Part shown: positions 34,207 through 45,190 of the stretch, in pieces
Layout of the letters: every line of letters begins with the position of its first letter
Position numbering within the stretch: position 1 is the stretch's first letter
DNA from: Marsupella aquatica
Lineage: Eukaryota > Plantae > Marchantiophyta
Direction of reading: 5' to 3'
Length of the DNA stretch: 64,000 bases
NCBI GenBank assembly: GCA_973895155.1
Contig: OZ316892.1
Span: 448,917-512,916, forward strand
Notes under the pieces: model-generated
Seen by the model: only the letters and a program-made list of their open reading frames with translations
Database searches by the model: none
Told to the model about the DNA's origin: nothing
Translations under genes and position numbers: made by a program

Positions 34207-37200
34207 ACAGGAATCACTCGACCGGTTAAGTGGGTAAAGCAGGAAGGCACCCTAGGAACACCTTAGTATAGTGACAAAACAAGGAAAATATAAACAATTA
34301 GGGGCAACCATGGAACCCGGGCAGAGGCCGGAGGTAAGGCTGAGGGTGAAAACCCAATTAGGGTTAGGGCGCGTTAAGCGTCGGCGGCTAGGAAGGATCA
34401 ACGGGAAGAAGGACCGGCAGAGGAGAGGGGTAAGGAGCGCTTGCAGGAGATGGTGGCTCATTTGCGAGCACGAACTAGGCAGACGACTACGGGAGGCCAA
34501 CTACTGTCAGCTGCTTAGGCAAGCACTCGGGGAGAGAGTAGATACCGACGATCGACCTAAGGAGGGTATGAGCAACGTCAATCAAGCGGCACATTTCTGG
34601 GGATGCCTGTTCGAACGGGCAACTGAGTACATCAAGACTTACGAGGACGAGGAGTCAGAAAGGGCAGCTCGAGAACGGCAGGAGCTCGCTCGATTGTGGG
34701 AGCTGCACAAGACGGCTTTCTTAGGAGGCGAACTCATCAAGGACGAGTTCCTGTGGACGCCTACTTCCAATCAACTCGACGATCTTCTGTTTTGCAAAGA
34801 CAGCGTCGTCGGCATCCGAGAGGCCATCAAGAACTGCAACGACATACACTGGGAATTAAAGGGTAGCACGGAAAGGTGGACCCGGGCAACGGTGCTAGGA
34901 GAAACCTCCACGGCAGCAGAGATGAAGAGGAAGGGAGCCGTCAACGATGAAGCCACCCTGGCAAAAAGAACGAGGTCGGCGGCACCAAAGAAGCCAGCCG
35001 AGCAGCAGAGCAGGAGGCAGGGAGAAGCCGAAGAGGAGGAGGTCGATCCCATCAAGGCCATTCCAACCAGGGATGACACCTGGAAGGGCTGGGCGGCAAC
35101 CCTACCGGTGGAGGTGCAACTACATTTTGCACGGGAGGAGGATGCATGCTTTACGGCCATGCAGACCAAGAAGTACCAAGGCTTCATGGCCGGATCCGGC
35201 TTGGAGGCCTTTGTAAGATTACCATGGCTGAAGCCGGAGGTACCGGAGTCAGACCTATTAGAATTCGTGGGGTCATGGGAACCCGAGACCAATTGCACGA
35301 GGATATATGGGAAGGATTTCTATCTTACTCCCAAGGTAATTGCCGAAGTGTTTGGCTTGCCGATGGGCAATAAGACCAAAGTTGATACCAGGAAGACCTT
35401 GCCTGACAAGGAGTTCCGGTCGTTCCCCGGGCCATCAACGAAGAATGGCTTCTTCCGGAGCACCTGCACCAACCCGCACATAGGAGAGATGATCGACTTC
35501 TTGCGGGTGACCATGCATTGTAACTTGCCGAGGGCAGAGATCGGCAAGGCACAGGTCTATCTGGTAGAAAGGCCAGACCCAAGCCGGGACTACAACGGGT
35601 ACCTCCTCAACCAATTGAAGAAGATCTTAAAGGAGGAGCAGCAGGTAATCGGCATGGGGAGCGTGTCGCGGCTTGGCTATCACATGCCGCTGTTGTGCCG
35701 GTATGCCAGAGGTCAGACTTTTGCCCCGGTACTTCCCCTGCAGGTAAGGGCACCCGAGGAAGCTCCAACACCGAGGCCGTTGGCTGAGAAGCCTCCACCA
35801 CCTGTTAGTCCTACGATCGAGCAGGTGTTTAGGCCCAGGAAGGAAGACTTGCCGATGCAGCAACCAGGCATGCAGAGTCTGCTGAAACTACTGGAGAAAG
35901 AAAAGAAATCGGCATCGGCAACAACAACAACAACGGCAACGGCAACAATGCAGGACACTACTACAGAGGTAGGCCTACACCGGCTCACAAGAGAAAACCC
36001 CTTTGCTGGAGACAAGGAGAGAATCAGGCCGGAATCCAAGCCAGGTGTTCGAATGTACGTGGGAACCTCAAGCTCCGAATCTGAGGCAGAATTGCCTGAA
36101 GCTCCTACCGACGAAGAGGAGAGGGAGAAGCCGGACGTCCAAGAAGTAGAGGAGGCAGTGGAGGACTGCAGCCATGATAATTCCGGCTATGGGTCGGACC
36201 ATCACGTTCCAGGAGTAAGGACCTGTGGCCAGTTTGTCCCCACACTTCCAAGGGTAGTGCGAGGGGACCCCAACCAGCAGAGTAGCCCTGAGTCTCCCCC
36301 ACCAGATGTTGCTCCCCCGAGCTTCGACGGCATAAAACAGACGGTGCAGGAATTTCAGGAGCGAATCAAGCAGGAGGAAGAGGCCGCCCTGGCTAAGGAA
36401 AAGGATTTACCAGGAGGAGATTGGCCGGAGGACATCAGGCGGCTAGCCGAAAAAGGAAGCAAACCTCTAGCCACGATTGAAGAGATCCGCAGGACGGCGT
36501 GGGAGCAGAGGCCACGATGGGCGATGCCGATCACTTCTACTTACTCCACCTACGCTAAGAATAGAGCCATGGAGTAGGGTGAGATGTGTGGGGAACTTGC
36601 GCTCGGCATCTTTGGAGAGGAGTTGGAGGTAGGACCCTTTTTCCATAGGGAGCAGTTGGAGAAGCACCAATTAGAAGAAGCGGTGGCTTTAGAGAGAAGC
36701 AAGAAGGACGAGGTCATTCGGCGGCTTAGGAGGATGGGAGCCGAGATTGAAGATCTAAGGGCGGCCAAGAAAGCCCAAGATGAACTGCGGATTAAACGAC
36801 ATGAGCTGAACATCATGCAGGGGCAGTTGGACGCCGCGCAGGCTGATAATCAGAATATCAAGGATAAACTGGCTCAGACGCAGGAAGAGTTGGCCGACAC
36901 GATCAAAGAGAGGGAGAAGTGGAAGCAAGAGCTGAAGAATACAGAGGAGGCCCACATAACAGCCAACAGCCGGGCCATGGCGGAGACCCAAAGAAAGGAA
37001 TGGGCGTTGAAAGGGGAGCTCGAGAAAATCCGCGGAGCCCTTGAGCAGAAGGAGGTCGAGTTAGGGAAATCCTATCAAGGGATTATGGCGCTGCAGCAGG
37101 AGCTTGCGTCCCTGACGGCCAGCTTCAAGGCCGACCTAAGGGAGAAGGACTAGATGCTCGAACAGACTTACGCCAAGATGAACCAGATGGAGTCTGTCAT

Positions 37201-38851
37201 CATTGCAGAGCTCGACAAGGAGCTAAGAGCAACCCAGGAGGAGAGGGCTACCTTGAAGAAGGAATTGGAGGAAGCCCACAGGGAGCAGGAGGAGGCCAAA
37301 AACGAGCTGGAGGGGGCACGTAAGGACCTGGATGAAACCCAAGAGGAGTTGGAGGAAATCACGAGGAAGATGGAGAACCTACAGCGGCGGGCCGACAACC
37401 AAACAGAGCGGCTGAAGAAACAAGCCGCAGTATTTAAATGCTTAGCTGCAGCAGGTCCATCTCCCGTTGGGACAAACCAGTTACCAGGGGTGGTAATTGC
37501 CGAAGGACAAGCCGCGTCAACTGCACCAGTGCCGGAAGTAAGTGGGAAGGGGAAGGGACCAGCTGCTGAGCCACCAACGAAGAAGAAGTGGAAACCTCCA
37601 GGGTCAAGGAGTAATACGACTTCACAGGCCGTGGTGATCAAGGAGGTAGACCCAGCACCGACCCCAGACAGGGTCACGGCTAAGGATCCAACTACCCTAG
37701 GGGAAGGGGAGGCCGAAGCCGAGGGAGTGGCTGAAGCCGAAGCCGTGGGAGTGGCTGAGGCCGAAGCCGTGGGTATTGCCGAGGCCGGTGTCGAGGCTGA
37801 AGCCGAAGGTGGACCCAGTCAGGCCGATGGAGAGTTGACTCGGTCAAGGGCAGGTAATCTGTCAGTAGGCGGGCCAACGGCAGTGGCTGAGGAGGAAGTG
37901 TTGGGGGCGTCCATTGAGGATCCACCACCGGTGTCGTGACGGTGCAAGGGCGCCGTTCCTTTTAGGGAAGGCGGACATGGAGGGAGGAGGCGTGAGTGGG
38001 CAGGGCGGGCGCGGATCTCCACGTTTAGGATTAGGATCAGAACCAGGAGCGGCCCTGACACTTAGCTTAGTGGGATTGCGGTCCCACTGGTAGGAGCAAC
38101 ACTTGTGCTCCTGCCTTGCTGTACATAGGTAGATTCAGGCAAGTAGATTACTGTTAAGTAGATTAGGCTTACGATGCAAAGAATGGCGGATCCACTACCA
38201 GGATAAGTACCTGGGCAGCGGGGAGCTCAGGGCCTCTTCTTTAGCAAGTTTTTAGTTTGCACCAGACGGGCTGGGATCAAGTAGTACGAGAAGCTCTCGG
38301 TTAGTCATACAGTGACCCTTGTGTATATTCATGTTTCCTCATGCCTAAGAGCTGAATAGAGTTGGCCTCACGGCTTAGTTCGCAGAACTTGTGTATGAGA
38401 TGTACTGTTTGTATGGCAAGTGCATGGTATGACTCAGTCAGAATGAGTCATTTTGCTATTTGTGTGTCGCATTAACTTGTGTGAAGAGTGCCCACATCAA
38501 CAGAAGGAAGGAAAGTAAGCAGGGGAGTGAGAGTTGGATGTGTCGAGCTGAGAGAGGTCTTAGCGGCTTAACCAAGCCTATTGGGGATCATTCCGGCGGC
38601 GGAATCCAAACATACCTAACAGGAAGACAGGGGAAGACAGGGGAAGGCCTATATTAGGCCGGCTACGTATCTCATGACCCGATGAAGGATCTGTCCAGTA
38701 TATGTGTGTAAAATGTTAATAGTAGTAGTAGAAGGTTAGCAGCGTCCCATGCCGCTAAGCCACGGAAACGGCCTCGCCAAGCACGAAACCTGCGGGAATC
38801 GGCTTGAGCTGGGGGGTTTCTTGGGTTTAGGGAGCCATGGGACGCACCACA
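34195..38851 (+). repeat. Family B LTR2 (4657 bp), shared between units 1 and 2
   Basis: Preceded by PPT, followed by PBS; TG...CA. Confidence 0.95.
34310..37939 (+). pseudogene. LTR-encoded protein, LTR2 copy (TAG at 36575 and 37151)
   Basis: ATG in strong context GCAACCATGG; three same-frame ORFs. Confidence 0.85.
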
Positions 38852-38920
38852 TTTTTGGCGCTAGATGGAGGGGGCATTTCTTAAGCCGTGAGATATGAAG
38901 TTAGAACGGAAGCGTAGGTA

Positions 38921-41914
38921 ATGACTGACCTTACGCCGAGGGAAGAAAGAGTGATTCAACGGGAGAGAGCTCGACTGCAGCAGCTCGCCGGGTGGCATGA
39001 TACACAGCGACTGAGAGGGGCAGAAAGAGCTGGTAGCTCCGAAACTGGAAGTGGCGTCGAAGAAGACATACCAGAAGAAGAGTCGGTAAGGAGAAGTGAG
39101 TCTCCAACCGACATGGGGGAACCAGAGGCACGGCCAGACGAGAGGCCAGGGACCAGATTGAGCCAGCGGTCGCGCATACATTACAAAGCATTTCATGGGA
39201 GAGGAGATGAGGATCCGGACGAATGGTTGGATGATTTCGAGGGAACCGCTGCAGCAAATGGAGAATCGGCCATCAAGATGCAGATTCTTCCCGGCCTGTT
39301 CAAGGGTGAGGCTAGGTCTTGGTACAGAGCATTAGATGTGGAAGATCAAGCCATCTGGGATATCTTCAAAACACTCTTTGTTAAGGAGTTTCGACCCATT
39401 GGAACTTCAGAACTAGCAGTGCTGAAGTTGGGACAACTTCGGTTCAAGGAGAACAAATCCTTCAGGAAGTTCTTGCAACGCTTTCAGAAACTGGTAAGAC
39501 GTACAAAGACCAATGCATCTGAAGGTATGCAACTTCAATGGTTGGTGAATGCTTTGCCACAGAAGATGAGTTTTGCAATTAGGAAGGAGAACCCGGAGAC
39601 TTTAGCCGAAGCAATTAAGGATATTCAATTATACATTAATGCAGATATCACAAGCCGGAAGAAACAGCTTAAGTCTGAGAGTTCCTCATCAGAGGAGGGA
39701 TCACCCCATAAGAAAAAAGATAAGAAGAAGAAACATTCCAAGAAGTCTAGAAGTGATAAGTCAAGCTCGGATAGTGGGAGTAGCAAGAGTGAGTCATCTT
39801 CTAGTTCTGAAGAAGAAAAAACTAGGAAAAGGAAGGGCAGAAGGAGAGGGAAGACGAAAGTCAAGATGGAGGCTAAGCCACCAGATAACATCGTAGCCCT
39901 TACCGAGCAACTTAAGGCTATCATTGCAGAGGTAAAACCAAAGAAGAAGGTAGTACAGGAGGATAGCTCTGTATGGTGTGCCTTATGTTATAAAACCGGA
40001 CACCATAAAGATGCGTGTCCTAAGCTTAATACTAATCATGTTCGGCATGTGGCCGAGATCAGACCATGTCAGGGAGAAGTAGAGTACTTTTTGGGAGATG
40101 CCGCTAATAGTGTTTTCGGCATCAGTGAGACTGGAGCACGAGACCTATCCAACAGACCTGCATCTCTGTGGTCAGGATTAAGGAACAATCCAGGAGAGAT
40201 GTATCCTCGGATTATTCAGAACCCGTCAGTACCTCCTAGGCCGAATGTGCAAAGATTTGCGGCGTGCTATAATTGTGGTCAACCTGGCCATTTTGCTAGA
40301 GAATGCCCGAATGCACGCAAACAGGGTGATGGACAACCAGCTCAGCTATGTATGGGATGCCGACAGGAAGGTCATATGCTAGGGCAATGTCCTACTTGGT
40401 TGGCAGGCCTGGCCGCAAATCATAAGCTTTTGCCGATCAAGATCTTACCGCCAGGTACTACCCCCGGAGGAGTTCAAATCAACCACATCGAACTAGGATG
40501 GCAAGAGGATGCCGAGGCAGAGTTCGTACCATCTGATGATGAGGCCGAAGCCCTATCAACCTTCTCAGAGGAGGATTTAGATCATGATTGCTACCGGGTC
40601 TCTACTCGATCTACCAGAAGGAAGGAAAGGTGGGATGGGCTGGCCAAAAATAAAGGGAAGGTTACGGAGGAAAGGATCGACTCTTCGTCAACATCAACAG
40701 AAGGAGAAGGGAGGGCTCCGGCAATACAGGTAAGCCATGAGCCCACCAGTGAAACCAATCCTTCACAAGATAGCGACTTCAATCGAGATCATCCTAAGTT
40801 GTTCTACCCCTCTGTTACGGCTAGTGTTAAGGAACAACTAAGAGAATTAGAAACCCTGGAGAATACCGAAGCCATTGCCAAGGATGTAAAACGAGCAAAA
40901 GCATTGTTTGCTTCGGAAGACCCAACAGCTGTGGAGACTAGCGTGGCAAAACTGGCCGAATCCAAGACGGAAACACCACCAGAAGAGAAGCCGATTGTTC
41001 CCTATGACCTGGCTAAAGATGTACTAGAATCTAGAGTCTCGGCAACAGTAGGTCAACTATTGAAAAATAGCCCGTACTTCCGGAAGCAATTAAGGAAGGC
41101 TATTCTCGGCAAGCCGAGATTACCCAAGGTAGCAACCAGATCCGACGTACTAATGATAGAAGAAGATCAAGGAGCCCCAGCATTACCATTAATGATTCAA
41201 GGAGAATTATTACTACGGGTACCCATCGATGGAGGATCAGGGGTATGTATTATGATTGATTCAACAGCAAAAGGGTGGGGTCTAACACCGGAGATGACTG
41301 GAAGAGTGTTGAACATGGCCAATGGATATCAGGTCATTCCGACGGGAGTGTTAACCGGCATCAAGACAGAGATAGGAGGTATCTTCTTTAGCATTAACTA
41401 TGTAGTAATGAAGCCGGTAAATCCTACGTCATTCCGGCTATTGATTGGTAGGCCATGGCTGTACCTAGCCGAGGTAATAGAAGATTGGGGTAAAAAGCAG
41501 TTCACTTTCGGGACCCCCTCTATCACGGTATCCTGGGACACTAAGGATGACCGTAGGAAAAGCATAAGGGAAGTAGATGGGTACGATAGTGGACTGGAGT
41601 CAGCCGATGAAGTACGTTGGTTAGAATGCCTCACTAACCTAACCGAAGAAGGTGTCTTTGGACCAGAGGTACCCCCCAGCGGATTATGGCAAGAACCAAT
41701 GGAAGGTGACTTGGAAGAAGAAGACGAAGAGGTCGAGGACTGCTTTACAATAGAATCCACCTTTTTAGCTGCAATTCCGGAGGAAGTTAAGGATGTAGAC
41801 CAATTGGATGAAACGGCTAAGTGGGGAGCAGTAGCAGGGACAGTGGATTTTCTGCAGGCGTTGTGGCAGAGCCGACGGGGTCCACAACGCCATCGATCAT
41901 CGGCAAGGAATTAA
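38921..41914 (+). CDS. gag: Gag-protease polyprotein, unit 2 (997 aa)
   Basis: Intact near-identical copy of 28040-31033. Confidence 0.95.
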   Translation: MTDLTPREERVIQRERARLQQLAGWHDTQRLRGAERAGSSETGSGVEEDIPEEESVRRSESPTDMGEPEARPDERPGTRLSQRSRIHYKAFHGRGDEDPDEWLDDFEGTAAANGESAIKMQILPGLFKGEARSWYRALDVEDQAIWDIFKTLFVKEFRPIGTSELAVLKLGQLRFKENKSFRKFLQRFQKLVRRTKTNASEGMQLQWLVNALPQKMSFAIRKENPETLAEAIKDIQLYINADITSRKKQLKSESSSSEEGSPHKKKDKKKKHSKKSRSDKSSSDSGSSKSESSSSSEEEKTRKRKGRRRGKTKVKMEAKPPDNIVALTEQLKAIIAEVKPKKKVVQEDSSVWCALCYKTGHHKDACPKLNTNHVRHVAEIRPCQGEVEYFLGDAANSVFGISETGARDLSNRPASLWSGLRNNPGEMYPRIIQNPSVPPRPNVQRFAACYNCGQPGHFARECPNARKQGDGQPAQLCMGCRQEGHMLGQCPTWLAGLAANHKLLPIKILPPGTTPGGVQINHIELGWQEDAEAEFVPSDDEAEALSTFSEEDLDHDCYRVSTRSTRRKERWDGLAKNKGKVTEERIDSSSTSTEGEGRAPAIQVSHEPTSETNPSQDSDFNRDHPKLFYPSVTASVKEQLRELETLENTEAIAKDVKRAKALFASEDPTAVETSVAKLAESKTETPPEEKPIVPYDLAKDVLESRVSATVGQLLKNSPYFRKQLRKAILGKPRLPKVATRSDVLMIEEDQGAPALPLMIQGELLLRVPIDGGSGVCIMIDSTAKGWGLTPEMTGRVLNMANGYQVIPTGVLTGIKTEIGGIFFSINYVVMKPVNPTSFRLLIGRPWLYLAEVIEDWGKKQFTFGTPSITVSWDTKDDRRKSIREVDGYDSGLESADEVRWLECLTNLTEEGVFGPEVPPSGLWQEPMEGDLEEEDEEVEDCFTIESTFLAAIPEEVKDVDQLDETAKWGAVAGTVDFLQALWQSRRGPQRHRSSARN

Positions 41915-44900
41915 ATACCAAGGGATCGGCATACAAGCCGATTACGAGGGCAGAACAAATTGAGGCCCTATTAGAAGCCGAGAGAGCACAGCGGCCTAAC
42001 TCTCAGGAGCAAGAGGTGGATGAGATGGACAGACACGATCTAGAGCCAAGGCAGGAAGGGGAGCCGACCACTAATTCAAAACCGAATAGACCGGTAAGGG
42101 GACAATCTATGGACACCAAGGAAGGGACCGACTCGGCTAGTCCAGCCGAGATCCCAGTTTATGGAGGTATGAGATTAGAGAGACTGGAAGCCGAACTGGA
42201 CCCGAATTTGAAGAAGCAGATTAATATGATCCAAGCACGGCAATATCGGAAGCTCGACTTAGGAGAGGGAAGAGAACTGAACTTAGGGAGAAACCTAGCA
42301 CCTGAGCTCGAGAAAGAGATCAATGACTTATTGATTGAATTTCAGGATGTGTTTGCATGGAGTCACCAAGATCTAAAGGGAGTAGATCCAACACTAGGGG
42401 AACATCGAATTGATCTCATGTTAGGAGCCAAATCATTTCGACAACCAATTCGAAGGATGAACCCGAAGTATTCCCTGCTGGTCAAAACAGAAATCGACAA
42501 ACTAGTGGAAGCTGGATTCATCACTCCAGTCCTGCATTCAGACTGGGTGTCTCCAATTGTGATAGTTCCCAAGAAAGCTGGACCCGATGGTAAACCCAAG
42601 ATCCGGGTTTGTCAGGATTACAGGAAGCTGAATGAAGCAACATTAAAAGACCATTTTCCTTTACCGTTTACTAATATGGTACTAGACATGGTAGCCAGTC
42701 ATGAACTATATTCATTCATGGATGGATACTCTGGTTATAACCAAATCAGGATTCGGCAGGAAGACCAAATCAAGACGGCCTTCATCACGGAATGGGGGAT
42801 CTATGTCTTCAATCATATGCCGTTTGGACTCTGCAACGCACCAACTATGTTCCAACGATTAATGGTGAACATTTTTCATGATTACTTGAGAAAGTTCATG
42901 GAAATCTTCATTGATGACTTTGCAGTATTCGGGAAGGCATCGAAACATGCTAAATACCTCAGGAAAACCTTCATGAGATGTAGAGAGGTGGGTCTCAAGT
43001 TACACCCAGATAAATGTTTTTTTGCAGTAACCGAGGGGGTGCTACTAGGTCACAAGGTATCAAGGAAGGGCATTGAGATTGACAAAGGTAAGCTAGCAGT
43101 ATGGCTAGATATCATGCAACCTAAGAACATAAAGGATGTAAGATCCTTCTTGGGATGCATTGGTTACTATCGCCGGTTCATCAAGGATTTTGCCAAGCTA
43201 GCTTTACCATTAACCAATATGCTCAAGGCAGGAGCAGACTTCGAACCCACACCCGAACGAGTCACAGCGGTGGTAGAATTGAAGCAGATGTTAGTAGAGG
43301 CCCCAGTCATGATAGCACCGGACTGGAACAAAGATTTTCATGTTTTTGTAGATGTCTCGGGCTTCTGTATTGGCTCAGTACTAAGTCAGTTGGATGAGAA
43401 AGGAAGGGACCATCCCATATACTTCGCAAGCCGTCAGCTTGCCGATGCCGAACGGAACTACTCTACCACGGAAAGAGAAGCATTAGGAGTCATTTATTCT
43501 TGTAAAAAGTTTAGGCATTATTTACTAGGGTACAAGGTAATCTTTCATACTGATCATGAAAGTTTGAAGTACCTAGTCAATAAGCCGGACCTTACAGGCA
43601 GAGTAGCAAGATGGATTTTGCTATTACAGGAGTTTGACTATGAGCTGAGGATCAAGCCGGGAAAGTTACATGCCAATGCCGACTTCTTTTCAAGGATCAC
43701 AGGTAAACCTGCCACGGATTGCATCGATGATCGATTCCCCGACGAGGAGCTATTCGTTGTGGAAATAGCTGGTACATGGTACCCTGAGATTTTACAATTT
43801 CTCAGCACTTCCAGATTACAGCCAGGATTAAGCCGAGAGCAAGCCGCAGTCTTTGTGCGGAAGGTCAGACAGTATCAGTGCATTAAAGGCATACTGCACA
43901 AGCATGGAATCAACGGCACGATTCAAAGGTGTTTGGAAAAGAGAGAGGTAAAACGAGTCCTACGGGCCATGCATGGAGAGGAGGCCGGAGGACATTTTGC
44001 CCCAGTAACCACATCTAAGAAGATATTAAATGCCGGTTACTGGTGGCCCACCTTGCACAAAGATGTCTATCAGTTTATCAAACAATGCGATCCTTGTCAA
44101 CGAGCGGGAGGACCAAGGGCGTCCACCAGGCATCCACTGCACCCTATTCTACCTCTGGCACCATTCGAGAAGTGGGGTATTGATTACATTGGACCTCTGA
44201 AACCACTGACCCACCCTCGACGGAACAAGTACATAATCCTGGCTACGGATTATGCAACTAAATGGGTAGAGGCCAGACCAACAACGAAGGATGATGCAAT
44301 TACTACGGCTAGATTCATGTATGAGCAGATCTTCACCAGGTATGGAGCACCCCTAGAATTAGTTAGTGATAGAGGAACCCATTTTTTGAATGATATAATT
44401 AGTCGTTTAAATGAGCAGTATTTAGTTAAACATAGGCCTACTACTCCCTACCATCCAAAGGCAAACGGGTTGACAGAACGAGCAAACGGGATCATAGGAA
44501 AGATATTGAACAAGACAGTAGCTCAGAACAAACTCGATTGGGATGATAAATTGTTTGCTGCTGTTTTTGCTTACAATCTGGCCTATAAATCCACTACCGG
44601 TCATACACCCTTCTTCTTAACCTTTGGACAAGAAGCCCTGGTACCCATGCAACTTGAGATACCGACATTTCAAGTTACAATTGAGGAAAGAGCCTCAGCG
44701 GAGGAGAGCCTAAAGGAGCGAGAATATAGGTTAGAAGCTTTAGAGGAAGCGAGAATGATTTCAGCCGAGAGAGTAGAATATAGACAGAATATCATGAAGC
44801 AGCAGTATGATAAAAGGTTAAAAGTAGTTAGTATTCATACCGGTGATCTTGTGCTACTTTATGACAGTAGGTATAGTAGGTTTCCAGGAAAGCTTTACAC

Positions 44901-45087
44901 TCGCTGGTTAGGACCCTTTAGAGTAACCATGATGTTCCCCAATGGCTCCGTGCAATTGGCCAACATTACGGGAGAGGTATATCCAGTTCGCATCCATTAT
45001 GACCGCCTCAAGAAATACTATATGGACGAAGATGAAGTTGTTCGCGAGGACGCTTCACAATTAAGTGGGGAGCTATGTGATGCCTAG
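41821..45087 (+). CDS. pol: Pol (RT, RNase H, integrase), unit 2
   Basis: Intact ORF, catalytic motifs retained. Confidence 0.97.
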   Translation: MGSSSRDSGFSAGVVAEPTGSTTPSIIGKELNTKGSAYKPITRAEQIEALLEAERAQRPNSQEQEVDEMDRHDLEPRQEGEPTTNSKPNRPVRGQSMDTKEGTDSASPAEIPVYGGMRLERLEAELDPNLKKQINMIQARQYRKLDLGEGRELNLGRNLAPELEKEINDLLIEFQDVFAWSHQDLKGVDPTLGEHRIDLMLGAKSFRQPIRRMNPKYSLLVKTEIDKLVEAGFITPVLHSDWVSPIVIVPKKAGPDGKPKIRVCQDYRKLNEATLKDHFPLPFTNMVLDMVASHELYSFMDGYSGYNQIRIRQEDQIKTAFITEWGIYVFNHMPFGLCNAPTMFQRLMVNIFHDYLRKFMEIFIDDFAVFGKASKHAKYLRKTFMRCREVGLKLHPDKCFFAVTEGVLLGHKVSRKGIEIDKGKLAVWLDIMQPKNIKDVRSFLGCIGYYRRFIKDFAKLALPLTNMLKAGADFEPTPERVTAVVELKQMLVEAPVMIAPDWNKDFHVFVDVSGFCIGSVLSQLDEKGRDHPIYFASRQLADAERNYSTTEREALGVIYSCKKFRHYLLGYKVIFHTDHESLKYLVNKPDLTGRVARWILLLQEFDYELRIKPGKLHANADFFSRITGKPATDCIDDRFPDEELFVVEIAGTWYPEILQFLSTSRLQPGLSREQAAVFVRKVRQYQCIKGILHKHGINGTIQRCLEKREVKRVLRAMHGEEAGGHFAPVTTSKKILNAGYWWPTLHKDVYQFIKQCDPCQRAGGPRASTRHPLHPILPLAPFEKWGIDYIGPLKPLTHPRRNKYIILATDYATKWVEARPTTKDDAITTARFMYEQIFTRYGAPLELVSDRGTHFLNDIISRLNEQYLVKHRPTTPYHPKANGLTERANGIIGKILNKTVAQNKLDWDDKLFAAVFAYNLAYKSTTGHTPFFLTFGQEALVPMQLEIPTFQVTIEERASAEESLKEREYRLEALEEARMISAERVEYRQNIMKQQYDKRLKVVSIHTGDLVLLYDSRYSRFPGKLYTRWLGPFRVTMMFPNGSVQLANITGEVYPVRIHYDRLKKYYMDEDEVVREDASQLSGELCDA

Positions 45088-45190
45088 ACAGGAATCACTC
45101 GACCGGTTAAGTGGGTAAAGCAGGAAGGCACCCTAGGAACACCTTAGTATAGTGACAAAACAAGGAAAATATAAACAATTAGGGGCAACC

